NCBI GenBank assembly: GCA_000002445.1 | Contig: CP000067.1 | Location: 1,184,001 to 1,248,000, forward strand | Source: Trypanosoma brucei | Taxonomy: Eukaryota | Reading direction: 5' to 3' | Length of the DNA: 64,000 bases | In this document: one piece after another, positions 19,924 through 31,610 of the stretch | How the letters are laid out: each line of letters starts with the position of its first letter | Numbering within the stretch: position 1 is the stretch's first letter | Notes under the pieces: model-generated | Told to the model about the DNA's origin: nothing | Seen by the model: the letters and a program-made list of their open reading frames with translations, nothing else | Database searches by the model: none | Position numbers and translations under genes: made by a program

Positions 19924-22767
19924 TCATCCCTCATGTTGCCGAAGGGCCTCACTGAGTGCATTCTCCAACTTGAGCAAAAGCGCGGTGCGAACTCTACGGA
20001 TTTCAAGCCGCCGCCGTCTCCCCTCCGCACTGCGTTCCTTTTGCTCACGCAGCTGCATGCGGAGTCGCTCAATTTCCCCTTCACATATTGCCTCACGCTG
20101 TCGTTGTCGCTGTAGGTCTCGAATAAACTCAGTGCCGAGGTTATTCCCATCCATGCAACTGCGGTGGCAATGGGAACCTTCCAGTGCGAGCTTCAGTTGG
20201 TACTCCGTGATTTCCAGCTTTTGCCAGACGCTGCGCAGTTCCGCCTGTAGTTGGCGCACAAGCTGCTGAGCCTCGTTCTTGGCGTGCATTTCATTGTTAA
20301 GCCGCTCTTCCGCCTCGCTAACCGCGCATTGTTGCACCTCCAAACTTTGTTGCATGTCGTCTAAGCGTCGCTGCAGGAATACCATTTCCCCCAAACTGCT
20401 GGCGTTATGGCCGAGGTTAGACGCAGCTAAATTGCAAGGGCGAACGGTTGAATCATAAGGAGTTTCTGGTGACTCATTTCCGCTGCCGCTCGCCGATGTA
20501 CAACGAGTGCCATCGTCAGAAGTAGCTCCCATCATGACGGACTCCAGATGTTGAATGCGCGTGTGAGCGGCGCGCAGCTGCTGTTCCAATGCCATTATTG
20601 TCATAATTTCCCCTGAGGCAATCGCTGTAGAGGCATCCTCATCGGTGTTGGCTATGTTGTGATTTAATCTCCTTGCAATGCTCCTTCGTGGCGAGGGGGG
20701 GCCGTCGTAAGCCTCGTACCTTTTCAAGCGTTGTTGAAGTTCATCCCGCTCTTTCCTCAGCTTGTTAACCTCATCCTGCGTTGCTGCTAGTTCATCCCGC
20801 ATCAGCACGAGCTCTACCTCCCCCGGTTGGTTGCTGCATATGTCGCTTAGTTGCTCCTCCAGTTGGTGGACGCGCAGAAGTAGTTTTTCCCTGTCCCGGA
20901 ATACACGAGTAGTCCCCAAGAGACTTACGCCACCGATGGAATTCACAACCTCTGTTGAGCAGCCAAGGCCGTCGCGTGCGGTACTTCCTTCGAGATGGGA
21001 ACCTGGGCCAACCCGTGGGCTGTGACATAACGAGGAGGTCTTAAGCCGCTCAAAACGCTCACGCAGCGACCGTGGTCCCTGCTCAACTTGGTTAAACGAT
21101 GACATGCAAGCCTTAAAGCTGAGTGTTGGTCTCGCAGGATCCGCTTTTAATGACCCTAACCCCCCAGCCGCTAAGGCCGCTTTTGCTCCGAAACGAGGAG
21201 CAGTCGGGCAGCTGTTCTGTAGCCGTCTATTCCGACTCACTTCCTTTCCCGAAGTGCGTGCGGCTCCGAATCGCCCGGCAGCCGCACCCCCTACTTTTTC
21301 CGCCAACTCCCCAGTTTCTCTAATACCACCCGCAACGCTGCCTCTTGGACTGTACAAACTTCCTGGGTTTAAACTTGTGCGATAGTGCCCTTTCGCCCCA
21401 GCCGCTGCTACGTCGGCAACGAGTGCATCAATCGCCCTTATTTCCTCCTGCGCGAGCTGAACATACTCCTCGTTCTCCTCCAGCTCGCGCAGCAGTGCCA
21501 CTCTGTCGGTAACTGGTGTAATATCTGCAGCTCTTGACGCGTCTCTAAGTGTTTTCAACCTGCCAGCAGCCCGGCTTGCGTCAAGCATTGCCTTCACCCA
21601 CTGATGAAGTGGTCCCAAAGTCGGGTGCACACGTGACACACGGAGGTGAGTCCACTGTCGCAAGAATTGTTCAAGCTCCTCTAAGGGCGAGCACCCATTT
21701 ATCTGCGAATCACGCCCCGTCAATTCTGCAATGTTCAGGTATGCGGTCAGTGGCTCGCACCTTATGAGTTGCTGAGGGAGACTCGGCCATCCCCCACTTC
21801 CAAAACTTAGCCTCATGCGTCTAATTCGAGGGAACCCTAGTAATATCAACATAGCGTCCATAACAGCGGCCACCGCCGGTGGTGGTTGCCGAAATCTACG
21901 GATATCCGCCCACAGTGATTGGGGAACAGCAGAAAGGGCGGCATTTGCCAGAGTCAGCTGCAACCTGAACTCTATATACTCCTCCTCAGCAGCATGCAAG
22001 AACAGCAGCGCTTCCTCTTTTCCACTGGTGGTGTCATAATCTTCGGCAAATGTTGGTCTCGCTGTCATTTCATCGTTGTCAACACTTCCGGTAGCACCAT
22101 CACCAACCGCAGCGGCGGAAACAGCAGTAGCGGAGAGAGAATTACTACCCTCACCTGTGGTATTCCTTTGACCAGAGCGGAAGGATTGCGTGAGCAGTTG
22201 CAGTTCCGTAATGCGAGAGAGGGATGTATCAACTCCGTAGCGCAGTTGCTCTCGCCGGCGGCGTAGCTCCTCCACGTCTTTCAGGGTGAGATTCTCCTCT
22301 CTCTTCTTTACAGCGACCCCCGGTTCTCCCTTTGGGTCATTTGCAATATCAGCGGTACTTGCACTAACGATGCTGTTATCGCTATTGTTGTTTCCGGCGT
22401 TGTCGTCCTTGACATTACCACATGTGCTATTCCTCTCTGGAGTCCAGTGATTTTGACCCCGACACGCCTGCTGTCGCTGCGAACGAGCTCTTGGACTCGG
22501 TGTTCTGCAGGAGCGTGGCATTACATCCCTTGTCAACCTGCGTCGTGTTCCCATACAACTATTAGGGCTCCTAGTTCTGATTCCTACGCAACTGAAGGCT
22601 CTGCGGGCAGAGATGGGGCTACTTTTTGTATCTGGAGTTCTGCTACCACGAGTCCCAACACCACTGCGGCGACACGTATCAGGTCCATCCAGAATGTGAA
22701 ACCCTCTTCGTCCGCTCCGACACCGCAAGCTCATTCCGTCACGCTGCTGAGCGCACCGCGTGCTCAT
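19924..22767 (-). CDS. Hypothetical protein, 947 aa, with extended coiled-coil segments (e.g. EVNKLRKERDELQQRLKRYEAY; LQRQRQREAICEGEIERLRMQLREQKERSAEGRRRRLEIRRVRT)
   Basis: ORF track 19924..22767. A 947-codon ORF with heptad-like charged repeats, same strand as its neighbours. No domain recognised with confidence. Confidence 0.6.
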   Translation of the reverse strand: MSTRCAQQRDGMSLRCRSGRRGFHILDGPDTCRRSGVGTRGSRTPDTKSSPISARRAFSCVGIRTRSPNSCMGTRRRLTRDVMPRSCRTPSPRARSQRQQACRGQNHWTPERNSTCGNVKDDNAGNNNSDNSIVSASTADIANDPKGEPGVAVKKREENLTLKDVEELRRRREQLRYGVDTSLSRITELQLLTQSFRSGQRNTTGEGSNSLSATAVSAAAVGDGATGSVDNDEMTARPTFAEDYDTTSGKEEALLFLHAAEEEYIEFRLQLTLANAALSAVPQSLWADIRRFRQPPPAVAAVMDAMLILLGFPRIRRMRLSFGSGGWPSLPQQLIRCEPLTAYLNIAELTGRDSQINGCSPLEELEQFLRQWTHLRVSRVHPTLGPLHQWVKAMLDASRAAGRLKTLRDASRAADITPVTDRVALLRELEENEEYVQLAQEEIRAIDALVADVAAAGAKGHYRTSLNPGSLYSPRGSVAGGIRETGELAEKVGGAAAGRFGAARTSGKEVSRNRRLQNSCPTAPRFGAKAALAAGGLGSLKADPARPTLSFKACMSSFNQVEQGPRSLRERFERLKTSSLCHSPRVGPGSHLEGSTARDGLGCSTEVVNSIGGVSLLGTTRVFRDREKLLLRVHQLEEQLSDICSNQPGEVELVLMRDELAATQDEVNKLRKERDELQQRLKRYEAYDGPPSPRRSIARRLNHNIANTDEDASTAIASGEIMTIMALEQQLRAAHTRIQHLESVMMGATSDDGTRCTSASGSGNESPETPYDSTVRPCNLAASNLGHNASSLGEMVFLQRRLDDMQQSLEVQQCAVSEAEERLNNEMHAKNEAQQLVRQLQAELRSVWQKLEITEYQLKLALEGSHCHRSCMDGNNLGTEFIRDLQRQRQREAICEGEIERLRMQLREQKERSAEGRRRRLEIRRVRTALLLKLENALSEALRQHEG

Positions 22768-25089
22768 TTGCTAATATGCTGCAACGCGAAAGAGAGGAAG
22801 TGTCTGTGCAGCGAGCGTGAACGTTCAGGGTAGCGCGACACAATACAGGGAATGCGACAGAGAAAATGAAATGATAAAAAGAAAAAAAAAGAGTAATATA
22901 AAATAGAGATTTGCTTGTAACAGCCGACGATGAAGTGGAAGAAGCGCCTAAGGACAACATAAAGTGGTCAACGTGTTAAAATGAACGCGCAAGCACAAGA
23001 CTGTGCAAACGGAAGTGTGTTTTTCTCCGGAACACCAACTAATATGCAGCAAAAAAAAAAAACATTCAAAACGAACATCTTGCTGCTACAATCATGACAC
23101 ACCTCAAACAAGACAGACAAAATCAAACAATAACTGCTGTTACTACCATCACTACTACCGGCATGACGATGTTGTATTCAAAAGGGATGAGGAGGAACCT
23201 ACTCGCTCCGCCCCTGCTGTCTGACTTTACCCTTTATACCGTTACGTGCCTTCGATCCGTGCAAAACATTGGACTCGTTCCCTGGATTTTCCCTCCATTC
23301 CTTCCCTTATTTCCGTCTGGTCTTCCTTTCTTAGAGTTGATTTCAGATTTACCCCTGGTTACCCATTCGACCCTCCCCCTGTTTTCGTGTAGCCGCGACG
23401 CGTACCGTTGGCAGAAATCCCGCAACGTGAGGCTTCGCTTTTAGAAGCATTAACACATGGGTGTGGAGAAATTAAACACTACAACGGCAGTAACCAGAGT
23501 TGCTATTTATCATTATTATTGTACAGTTTCAAGTCATTGTAGGGACCTCTAACCGTGAGTCGTGTGAACAAAAGAGATGATCTGCGATTTGAAGGTTCAA
23601 AAAACGAAGTAAATGGAAGTAACAGAAAGAATTGGGATGGAAAGCCAAACAAACCACAGTACAGACCTCACGCAACCACCATGTGAAACAAAACACGGGA
23701 TTTTGTCATGTTCACTTTGGTGTAACGCCGCTTTGTCTCTTTGCATAATCCAAATATTCCCCAGGTGTGGTTTGTGGCAGTCCACAATTCCCTTCAATCT
23801 TCGCACACATACAATAGTTTGAAGGAAAATCCCCCGACGCATTATTGTCTCCGCATGCATAACAACCCAAAACACGTAGTCCTAATATAATACAGCCTCA
23901 TATGTAAAGGAGAGGCAGAACTATCATGGAACCTTTAGTATACACGTGTGACTTCGCCAATCCGTCCCAACGGAGCACATCAACATAGTTCATCGTATGA
24001 AGAGAGTCGCTGAACCACTCGGTTCCTTTCCATTTTCCTTTTCTTACTTTTGCACCTGAACTTACGACTTGTTTCCCAACTTGTGCTCGCACCATAATCT
24101 GAAAGGACAACACAGAACGTTATTGGAGGAAATACCATTTCAGTCCCACATGTTAACGACTTCCACATGTATTCAAACCACAGTTAGAGGGATGTTTTAC
24201 TTGCCAATGCGTTGCACAGCGTCCCCAAGACGGCTGCTCTTTCTTCAAGTGAATACACCATAGGGCAGTGAGAAGAATCCTGAGGCGAAAAATAATAATA
24301 ATAATAATAATCGAAGAAAACGATTACATATTCTCTTAAAATAAATTATCGAAAACCACATGCCGGAAGAAAACGACCCGATGGTGCGATGGGTGAAAGT
24401 GTTTAATGTAGATACACCATTATGTGTCAAAGAAAAAACACATGGCCAAACAACCGCAGCACCGACCAATCCCTACCATCCCCACGAAAAGAGGCACAAG
24501 AGAGTAACAAAAGCGCGCACACACACAAAAAAAAAAGAAGCGAAGGTGGCAGACGGACAAAATAATAATAATAATAACAATCACGCATCACGAGATATTC
24601 CCACGCCCCCCCCCAAAAAAAACACATACACACACAAACGTGCCATGTAGTTCCGTCATTTTCTCAAATGATTATTCGCTCACCGGGAGAATAAAAAAAA
24701 ACAAACAAACCGTGACAACGAAGTGCAGAGGCTGTCACTCTGCCAGCTAACTGGAACACTTGCAAGTGCATGCACGTATTAGGTTTTAAAGTAAAGAAGG
24801 GGAATAACAGAACAATAAACTGATACGACAGAGGAAGCAAAAATAACAAAAAGACACTCCAGCGGTTCTGCATCGTTCTGATCCCAGGGGGGGGGGTTTC
24901 ACATAAACACTCAGAAAAAAAAATGGATGTTGTCTACAACGGTAATAAAATTGTTGACGAGAAAAAAAAAGGAAGACCGTGACTGACCCGGATATTAAGC
25001 CGATATATATATATATATATGTACTAACTCGCGTATGTAAGAGAGCTGAAAAGGGATAAGAGACTTGCACACCCTGATCAACACTCCCA

Positions 25090-28000
25090 TTAACGGGGAA
25101 ACGAGTCTCTCTCTGTGGCTTCCATGAAGTTCTTGAGTGCATTTTCCCCCATTGCTGCAACCATCCGGGAGAAGCGAGAGTTTTCATCCATCACCAAATC
25201 TCTTGGGCGTCCAGTCTCCACCACACGTCCGTCCTTCAGTAGTAACAACAAGTCATAGCTGGCCAACGTGTGAAGACGGTGGGCAACGGTTATAACTGTG
25301 TGCGTGACGAAGGTATGACGAATGGCATACTGCAGCTGACGATCCAGTGCGGGATCGATGTTTGCGGTGGCCTCATCCATGAGAACAAACCTACTGTCGC
25401 GGCGAAGCAACGCCCGGGCCATGCATAGTAACTGCCGTTGTCCGACACTGAAGTTGGCTCCACAATCTACTACACGACTTCTCAAACCCTCCGCACTTGA
25501 GGTAATACGGTCCTGCATGCCAACAAGGCGGAGTGTCTCAAAAATCTCCTCGTCACTGCTGGTGTGAAGAGGATCGAGGTTATCACGCAGCGTGCCGTCA
25601 AACAGCACCGGGTCTTGAGGAATCACCGAAAACAGCTGACGGAGCTTACGCAGTCGGTAGGACCGGATGGGATGACCTTCAATGAGGATGTTACCTCCCT
25701 CAATATCCACCATGCGGAGTAGCGTGAGGAGCAACGACGACTTGCCACTACCAGTGCGACCAATGACGCCAACCTTTTGCCCAGTCGTAATCCTAAAGGT
25801 TAGATCCCGCAACACGAGCGGTTGGCCTTGGCGGTACCGCATCGATACATTGCAGAACTCCACGGCTGATGATGTTGTATAATGAAAATGACGGGATGGA
25901 ACGTGGGCAGTTGATGGTTTGTCTGTGCCGCCATTCTCTTCATCGCTCTCAGCACCGCCTGTCACACGGATTGAAACACATGACCCCCTCGCGGCCTCAA
26001 AGTCGTGCCCATTCGGACCACTCATCCCATTAGTGGGACGATTTACTTCAGCACCGTCCGTTCTGTTTTTCCCAGCACTTGCAACACCCTTCTTATTTTT
26101 CTTCCTTTCATTTTTCTCCATTTGTCTGTCACGCTCCTCTTGCTTCTTAATTGCCTTTTCCATATCCTCCATCAGGTCTTCGTGTTCAATGTTGTGGGCG
26201 TAGTGCAGTACCCGCTCCACACTGTTCATATTCGCTTCCACAGTGGCAGCCTGGCCCACCATTGATGTGAGAATCGTGCTGATGTTCACCGCCATCGTCA
26301 AACTCAGCGAAAGGAGCCCGACATCGACGGTACCGAACTGCAACACCAGATAGACACCGAGTCCGGAAATGGCAGTGAGCACCACAGTGACAAGAAGATC
26401 AATGCGGACCGCTAACCAGCAGTTGCAAACCACCTCCACATATGAGCATGCCGACACAACATCGACACGGCGAAGAGCTTCCGTGAGAAAGGAAGGGGTC
26501 TTCCCAAAAGCATCCATGCAGCTGCGACCCGCTAGCATCTCACCGAGAATTGAAAAAACGGGTGAGCTCACGCGATTTGTCACGCGCCGCAACTCACGGT
26601 TAGCGTTGTTGTAAAACAACATCAACCTGTAATAGATAAATCCGCAAGGAATGATGGCCGCGATGACAAGATACTGCGAGGCAACCATCACAGCAACAGA
26701 AGAGGTGAGAGATAAAGCACACTGTACAAGGTATACGATACTATCGGGAATAATTTCGTCGATGTTGGTCATATCTTTAGAGAAGCGGTTAATCACGCGA
26801 CCAAGCGGTGTTGTGTCGAAAAACGACATGGGGGCTGCCACGACGGAGCGCAGCAACCTCTCAAAAAGCCTGTAGGAGCCTGCACGAAGAACCCCATAAC
26901 CGGTAGCCCACCGCAGTGGGGAACAAAGTACGCTGGCGAATACGAGTCCCCCGTACACAAACAGGTACGTATTAACGGGCAAGTTAAACGTCTTCATTGT
27001 AAAAAATGAGAGCCATAGAAAGGGCGAAACCATCACCACCTCAGTCAGCACAAAAAGAATAAGTAGAGGCACACACGTCTTGGCGCCACCGCTGGCCGCT
27101 GCGTACCGCGCATAAACAGCAAATGGCACAGAACCTGTGGCTACCTCTTCGTCTGTCATAAGCTTCCCAGAAACTTCTTTTTTCCCATCCTCCAATGGAC
27201 TCAGTTTTTGGAGTTTGGTGTGTTTCCCATTCGCGGCTCCAGTTTCCGCGGGGCTGTCGTCACAGTAGTCGTCGATAAGGGGACTTTCGCAAGCTGCGAC
27301 GTCACCGCCATTTCCATGACTCGTAGTTTCAACATTATTTAAAGGGTCCCATGTAGTTACCCCGTTATCGCGCTCTCCAGGTCCCATCGTGTCATCACGC
27401 TCCCGTGGCATCTCGGTAGATATGCCTTCGTGGGTCTCATCACAAGCACTGTTATCATTCGCACTTTGACCGTCGTTTACGTCGTCATCCCCGCGATGGG
27501 AGTCTCCGGCTGCTTCCCCGGTGAAGGTTTTGTATTCCTCATAGTTCCCGGTAAAAACAGTGGTTCCTTCGCTGCCTAAAACCACAATCAAATCTGCGTG
27601 CCGAAGGACATGCAGCTGATGGGTAGCAAGTACCCGCGTGGTGCCGCTTAGCTCACCCAGCAAACAGTCCTGCAATACCTTTTCGCCAACATGGACGTCC
27701 AATGCGGAAAGGGGGTCGTCCAGAAGGTATACGTCACGCTCAGCATACAAAGCGCGGGCGAGCCCCACACGTGCCTTTTGCCCACCACTGAGGTTCACAC
27801 CATTTTCCCCAATCTCCGTTTCCACACCGTTGGCCAGCAATTCCAAGTCACAATCGAGCTGTGCGCAGCGGAGCGCCCGGCGGAAACGGGCCTCGTCCAT
27901 GTCGCTGAAGAATAGAATATTTTCCCTGAGCGTTGCGTTCATTATCCATGGCTGCTGCGGGACGTATGCCACCGTCGCTGGAGCCCTCAAGGTGCCGCTC

Positions 28001-30492
28001 GTAATTTCATATCCACCGGGCAACAACGACTCAAGCAACGTCGACTTGCCGCAGCCGGTCTCACCCACGATACACGTGAGGCTTCCTTTCGGAATGCGTA
28101 GCGTGACATTATGCAAGAGCTCTTTCCGGCGTACTTCGTAGTACTCCGTTGTACCATCAGCAGCACCATGGCCATGTCCATGACCGTGCGCGTGTGATTG
28201 GCCGTGACCGTGGCCTCGGCCCCCACCGGCGTTGCCATTGTTATTTTCGGTAGTTTGAATGTCTCCTCTGCCTTCTCTGTCATCCGCATCATCACCGCCT
28301 TCCACACGGTCACCGGTTATACCACCATTACTTTTCCCCTTTTTATTCGCTTTCTTCAGTTCGCTTTCGCAGGGAGGTAGCTTGTGGGGCGCGTACGTAG
28401 ATATCGCAGCGTTCATGAACTCAATCACCGCTGTGCTGTCTCCCCCAATGAGTGACCAACGGATATGGTCTGGCCCCCTTATTTGTCTTCCGTCTCGTTC
28501 ATGTTTTTGCATTTCTAAAAGACCGCTCTCCACGTCGTCATTCTCCAGAAAGGCGGATATGCGCCGCATCGAAACAATGAAACGGCTGAACGCTGACACC
28601 GACACGGGGATCATAATGAATGGCATTTGAATGAGGCGGAACAGGGCAATGGTGGGGAAGACAACAGTAGGTGTTAGCTCATTTCCTAGGACGTGAAAGA
28701 GTACAAACACTGCGGCAACAACCAGCGAAGGGACGGCGTTGGACAAAAAGGCAACGATTATATACATGTGCTGAATCGACCGCAAGGCTTTGAGCTCCTC
28801 CCGTCGCTTCTTCTCGATCTGACAGACAAGTGCTGGCTCCCACGACATGTACTTTGCCACACGGATTCCGGAAAGAAGCTCATTCGTTGCCTTTAGGCGT
28901 TCGTCCCTCAGCCGGGCGATGGTGTTTAGAAACCCAAAGAAACGTCCCATGAGGACCCCCTGCAGTGGCAAAAACACAAGCACAACACCGAGCCCCGCCA
29001 ATGCGCTGAGCCCAACCAATTGATAGAGCAGAAGGGCCCCAACCGCCAACCGCAATGGGGCGCCTACCATTATAGGCAGTAGGGTTGGAAGTGACCGGGC
29101 ACTCCCCACATCGTTGCTAACCATATTTACAATGCGGCCAACACTCATGTCAGGGTGGGCAAGCCCCTTTCGCGCGACTGTAGCGCACTTTGTGAAAAGA
29201 ACAGTAAGCAAGGCATTGTGGAAAGTGAGTCCCACACGACGCGACATCTGTGTAAGCTTATTACCAGCGGCACTTTGCACGAGTGAGAAAAAACAGAGGG
29301 TTGCGACAAGTGCCACTCCACCTTTCCAGTCCTGATCACTCATCTGCACATACTCAATGTACTTTTGCAGTATGACAGGGGCCGCAAGCTGACAAGCATC
29401 CTGCAACATTTGAATAGGGATAAGTATGTACACGCTAGAGCCAAACGTGTCAAAGAGTGCACGGGCAACAGATATGTGCTTGGGTGGCTTTTGTGATGTG
29501 ATGGGCATGAAGATGCCATTTTTGTACGTCTTCCGGGTGGAACCCTGTGGGTTCGACTGCCTTTCCTGTCCTTGTGATTCAAATGGCGAAATAAAGACGA
29601 TGTCGCCGACAGCCTCACACGTTGCGGTGTGGGCCCCGTCCGTGGTAGAAAAGAGGTGCTCTCCATCTATCACGCCATTGTGAAAAGGCATCACATTTTT
29701 CTCGCCGTTTGTATCCAATTCCTCCCCCTTCTTCTCACGTTTCCGCATGCTTCTCCTTTGCTCCCGCACGCGGTGTCGGGGCGCCGACTTCCACTCGACA
29801 CCAGCGTACATTTGTCTCGGACGCCGCAACTGTTGAACCGGTCCCACCCATCGCAGCAGCCCAACACTTTGTCGGTCACGCCTGTGCCGCACGACAGCAG
29901 CATCGTCTCCATCTGCGGTATAGGAATCCCACCCGAAACGTCTGAATTTCTGTTCTTCAAGCGTTTGCAATAGCCGTAGACCGCTATTGAAGGCTCGCAC
30001 ATCACGGGTAGGAAGAGGAATATCCTCCGGGACCAGTGATACGCCACGTGCCGCCAGGGACATCAGCGGCCCCGTCCAAGTGTGGTATAACCTACCGAAC
30101 AAAAAACCGGCACGGTCTTCTGGCCGCAAGGCATACGGCGGTTCCGGTCCAAGCAGTGCGTGAATCTGCGCTTGCCAGAGGTGGCGGCGAGTGTTGAGTT
30201 GCTGCTCAGAGCGCAGAAGAATGTCCATTGTTGGTTTCGGAGTGACGTCCGCTGTAATGTGCACCTCCGTCGTTCCAGCGTCATTGGTGTCGGTGTGGTT
30301 GTTGCTATCGTTACTGTGCCCGCCGCGGAGCAACGGCTCACGTGACTCCTCACCAGAGTCAGCGTTCATGCCCTTGTGCTCACACGTTTCGTATGTTTCG
30401 CCTATTTCTATCGTTCGTTCGCTGCAACTTATTCGTTGTAGTATTTTCTCCACAGACACTTCCTTCTCCTTCTCACTTCCTGCCTGACTCAC
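25090..30492 (-). CDS. ABCC/MRP-family full ABC transporter (1800 aa): L0-like N-terminal region, TMD1, NBD1, linker, TMD2, NBD2
   Basis: NBD1 has Walker A GETGCGKSTLL (~28040-28075), signature LSGGQKARVGLARALY and Walker B VYLLDDPLSALD. NBD2 has Walker A GRTGSGKSSLL (~25745-25778), signature FSVGQRQLLCMARALL and Walker B FVLMDEATANID. The N-terminal motif PEDRAGFLFGRLYHTWTGPLMSLAARG resembles the MRP L0 segment before TMD1. From memory this may be orthologous to T. brucei MRPE; unverified. Confidence 0.9.
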   Translation of the reverse strand: MSQAGSEKEKEVSVEKILQRISCSERTIEIGETYETCEHKGMNADSGEESREPLLRGGHSNDSNNHTDTNDAGTTEVHITADVTPKPTMDILLRSEQQLNTRRHLWQAQIHALLGPEPPYALRPEDRAGFLFGRLYHTWTGPLMSLAARGVSLVPEDIPLPTRDVRAFNSGLRLLQTLEEQKFRRFGWDSYTADGDDAAVVRHRRDRQSVGLLRWVGPVQQLRRPRQMYAGVEWKSAPRHRVREQRRSMRKREKKGEELDTNGEKNVMPFHNGVIDGEHLFSTTDGAHTATCEAVGDIVFISPFESQGQERQSNPQGSTRKTYKNGIFMPITSQKPPKHISVARALFDTFGSSVYILIPIQMLQDACQLAAPVILQKYIEYVQMSDQDWKGGVALVATLCFFSLVQSAAGNKLTQMSRRVGLTFHNALLTVLFTKCATVARKGLAHPDMSVGRIVNMVSNDVGSARSLPTLLPIMVGAPLRLAVGALLLYQLVGLSALAGLGVVLVFLPLQGVLMGRFFGFLNTIARLRDERLKATNELLSGIRVAKYMSWEPALVCQIEKKRREELKALRSIQHMYIIVAFLSNAVPSLVVAAVFVLFHVLGNELTPTVVFPTIALFRLIQMPFIMIPVSVSAFSRFIVSMRRISAFLENDDVESGLLEMQKHERDGRQIRGPDHIRWSLIGGDSTAVIEFMNAAISTYAPHKLPPCESELKKANKKGKSNGGITGDRVEGGDDADDREGRGDIQTTENNNGNAGGGRGHGHGQSHAHGHGHGHGAADGTTEYYEVRRKELLHNVTLRIPKGSLTCIVGETGCGKSTLLESLLPGGYEITSGTLRAPATVAYVPQQPWIMNATLRENILFFSDMDEARFRRALRCAQLDCDLELLANGVETEIGENGVNLSGGQKARVGLARALYAERDVYLLDDPLSALDVHVGEKVLQDCLLGELSGTTRVLATHQLHVLRHADLIVVLGSEGTTVFTGNYEEYKTFTGEAAGDSHRGDDDVNDGQSANDNSACDETHEGISTEMPRERDDTMGPGERDNGVTTWDPLNNVETTSHGNGGDVAACESPLIDDYCDDSPAETGAANGKHTKLQKLSPLEDGKKEVSGKLMTDEEVATGSVPFAVYARYAAASGGAKTCVPLLILFVLTEVVMVSPFLWLSFFTMKTFNLPVNTYLFVYGGLVFASVLCSPLRWATGYGVLRAGSYRLFERLLRSVVAAPMSFFDTTPLGRVINRFSKDMTNIDEIIPDSIVYLVQCALSLTSSVAVMVASQYLVIAAIIPCGFIYYRLMLFYNNANRELRRVTNRVSSPVFSILGEMLAGRSCMDAFGKTPSFLTEALRRVDVVSACSYVEVVCNCWLAVRIDLLVTVVLTAISGLGVYLVLQFGTVDVGLLSLSLTMAVNISTILTSMVGQAATVEANMNSVERVLHYAHNIEHEDLMEDMEKAIKKQEERDRQMEKNERKKNKKGVASAGKNRTDGAEVNRPTNGMSGPNGHDFEAARGSCVSIRVTGGAESDEENGGTDKPSTAHVPSRHFHYTTSSAVEFCNVSMRYRQGQPLVLRDLTFRITTGQKVGVIGRTGSGKSSLLLTLLRMVDIEGGNILIEGHPIRSYRLRKLRQLFSVIPQDPVLFDGTLRDNLDPLHTSSDEEIFETLRLVGMQDRITSSAEGLRSRVVDCGANFSVGQRQLLCMARALLRRDSRFVLMDEATANIDPALDRQLQYAIRHTFVTHTVITVAHRLHTLASYDLLLLLKDGRVVETGRPRDLVMDENSRFSRMVAAMGENALKNFMEATERDSFPR

Positions 30493-31412
30493 CTTGAGTT
30501 ACGAGTATTTTCCAAATAATATTTTTCACCTATCACTCGCCCGATTGAACTTTTTTTTCCCCCCCGTTCCTCCCCTTTTCCTCTTCTTTGTTGTTGAGAA
30601 TCTAAAAAGAAAATAAAAGTAGAAAGCACCCAAACAAATGTACAAATGAAGTGATAGGGAAACTTAACCGAAGCATCCGCAAAAAGCAGACGTGAGGGGA
30701 ACGGAGTATTACTGATTTCCACAGCATTTCTTTTTCATCACCTCTTCACTACTTGCCTGAGTGACTACCGCATTTCCCTCCGTGTTGTGTTGCAACATGC
30801 AGAATTTGCATGTCGTCACCACTCGTTACCACTGCTGTAACTCCATACACTATGGTGAACAAATTTGAATGCCAATATTCCAAATTAGTTGTGAGTTCGT
30901 CAGTTCAGTCCCTCTCAGTGCCCTCTATGTGTCTTCCCTGATTATAATTTCCCTTGCCGTCATCGATCCCCAGGTTGGGTGCCCTAACTGGCCACCTTAA
31001 CGCAAATATAACATAATTCAATTCTTTCCCTTATAAATGACAAATTTGAATATCCTCTTCCTACTTTCCTTTGGATGCGGCCTTGACCACAGAAGTGAGA
31101 AAGTCAAGAAGTGTGTGTATGTGTGTGTGTGTAGGGGGGGGGTACTCACACATGAATACATCTCTAAAGACATCGATAGCAGTAGCCTACAACAGTGAAG
31201 ATAAGCAACGTTTACCGTAACGAGAAGACAAACGTCGTTATGCATGTGCGTTTTTTTTTTCTTTTCCCTCTTCTTTCCTATACCCTCACAACCACTGGAA
31301 GGGGTTAAGCGCTGTCCAAACCAGGCCGAAAGACTGCAAAGTACTTATTTTCTCCCTTTTGCCCAACATAGGCAAGTAGTGGGAAACACACAAAAGTACT
31401 GAATACGTATAT

Positions 31413-31413
<1 letters not shown>

Positions 31414-31455
<42 letters not shown>

Positions 31456-31456
31456 T
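31414..31456. repeat. Compound microsatellite (TA)8(TG)14
   Basis: Read directly from the sequence. Confidence 0.95.
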
Positions 31457-31578
31457 TGTGCGTGTTCATGTGTGTATGCAGAAATAAAGCGATGAGATAC
31501 TGCACATGAACAAATACAGCGCATGAATATAAATACAGACATGTGTATAGACAAAAAAAAATGGAAACTCCAACAACT

Positions 31579-31610
31579 CCCCCCCCCCGCACACACACAC
31601 ACACACACAC
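31579..31610. repeat. C9 tract followed by (AC)10; inverted relative to the (TG)14 ~130 bp upstream
   Basis: Read directly from the sequence. Confidence 0.95.
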
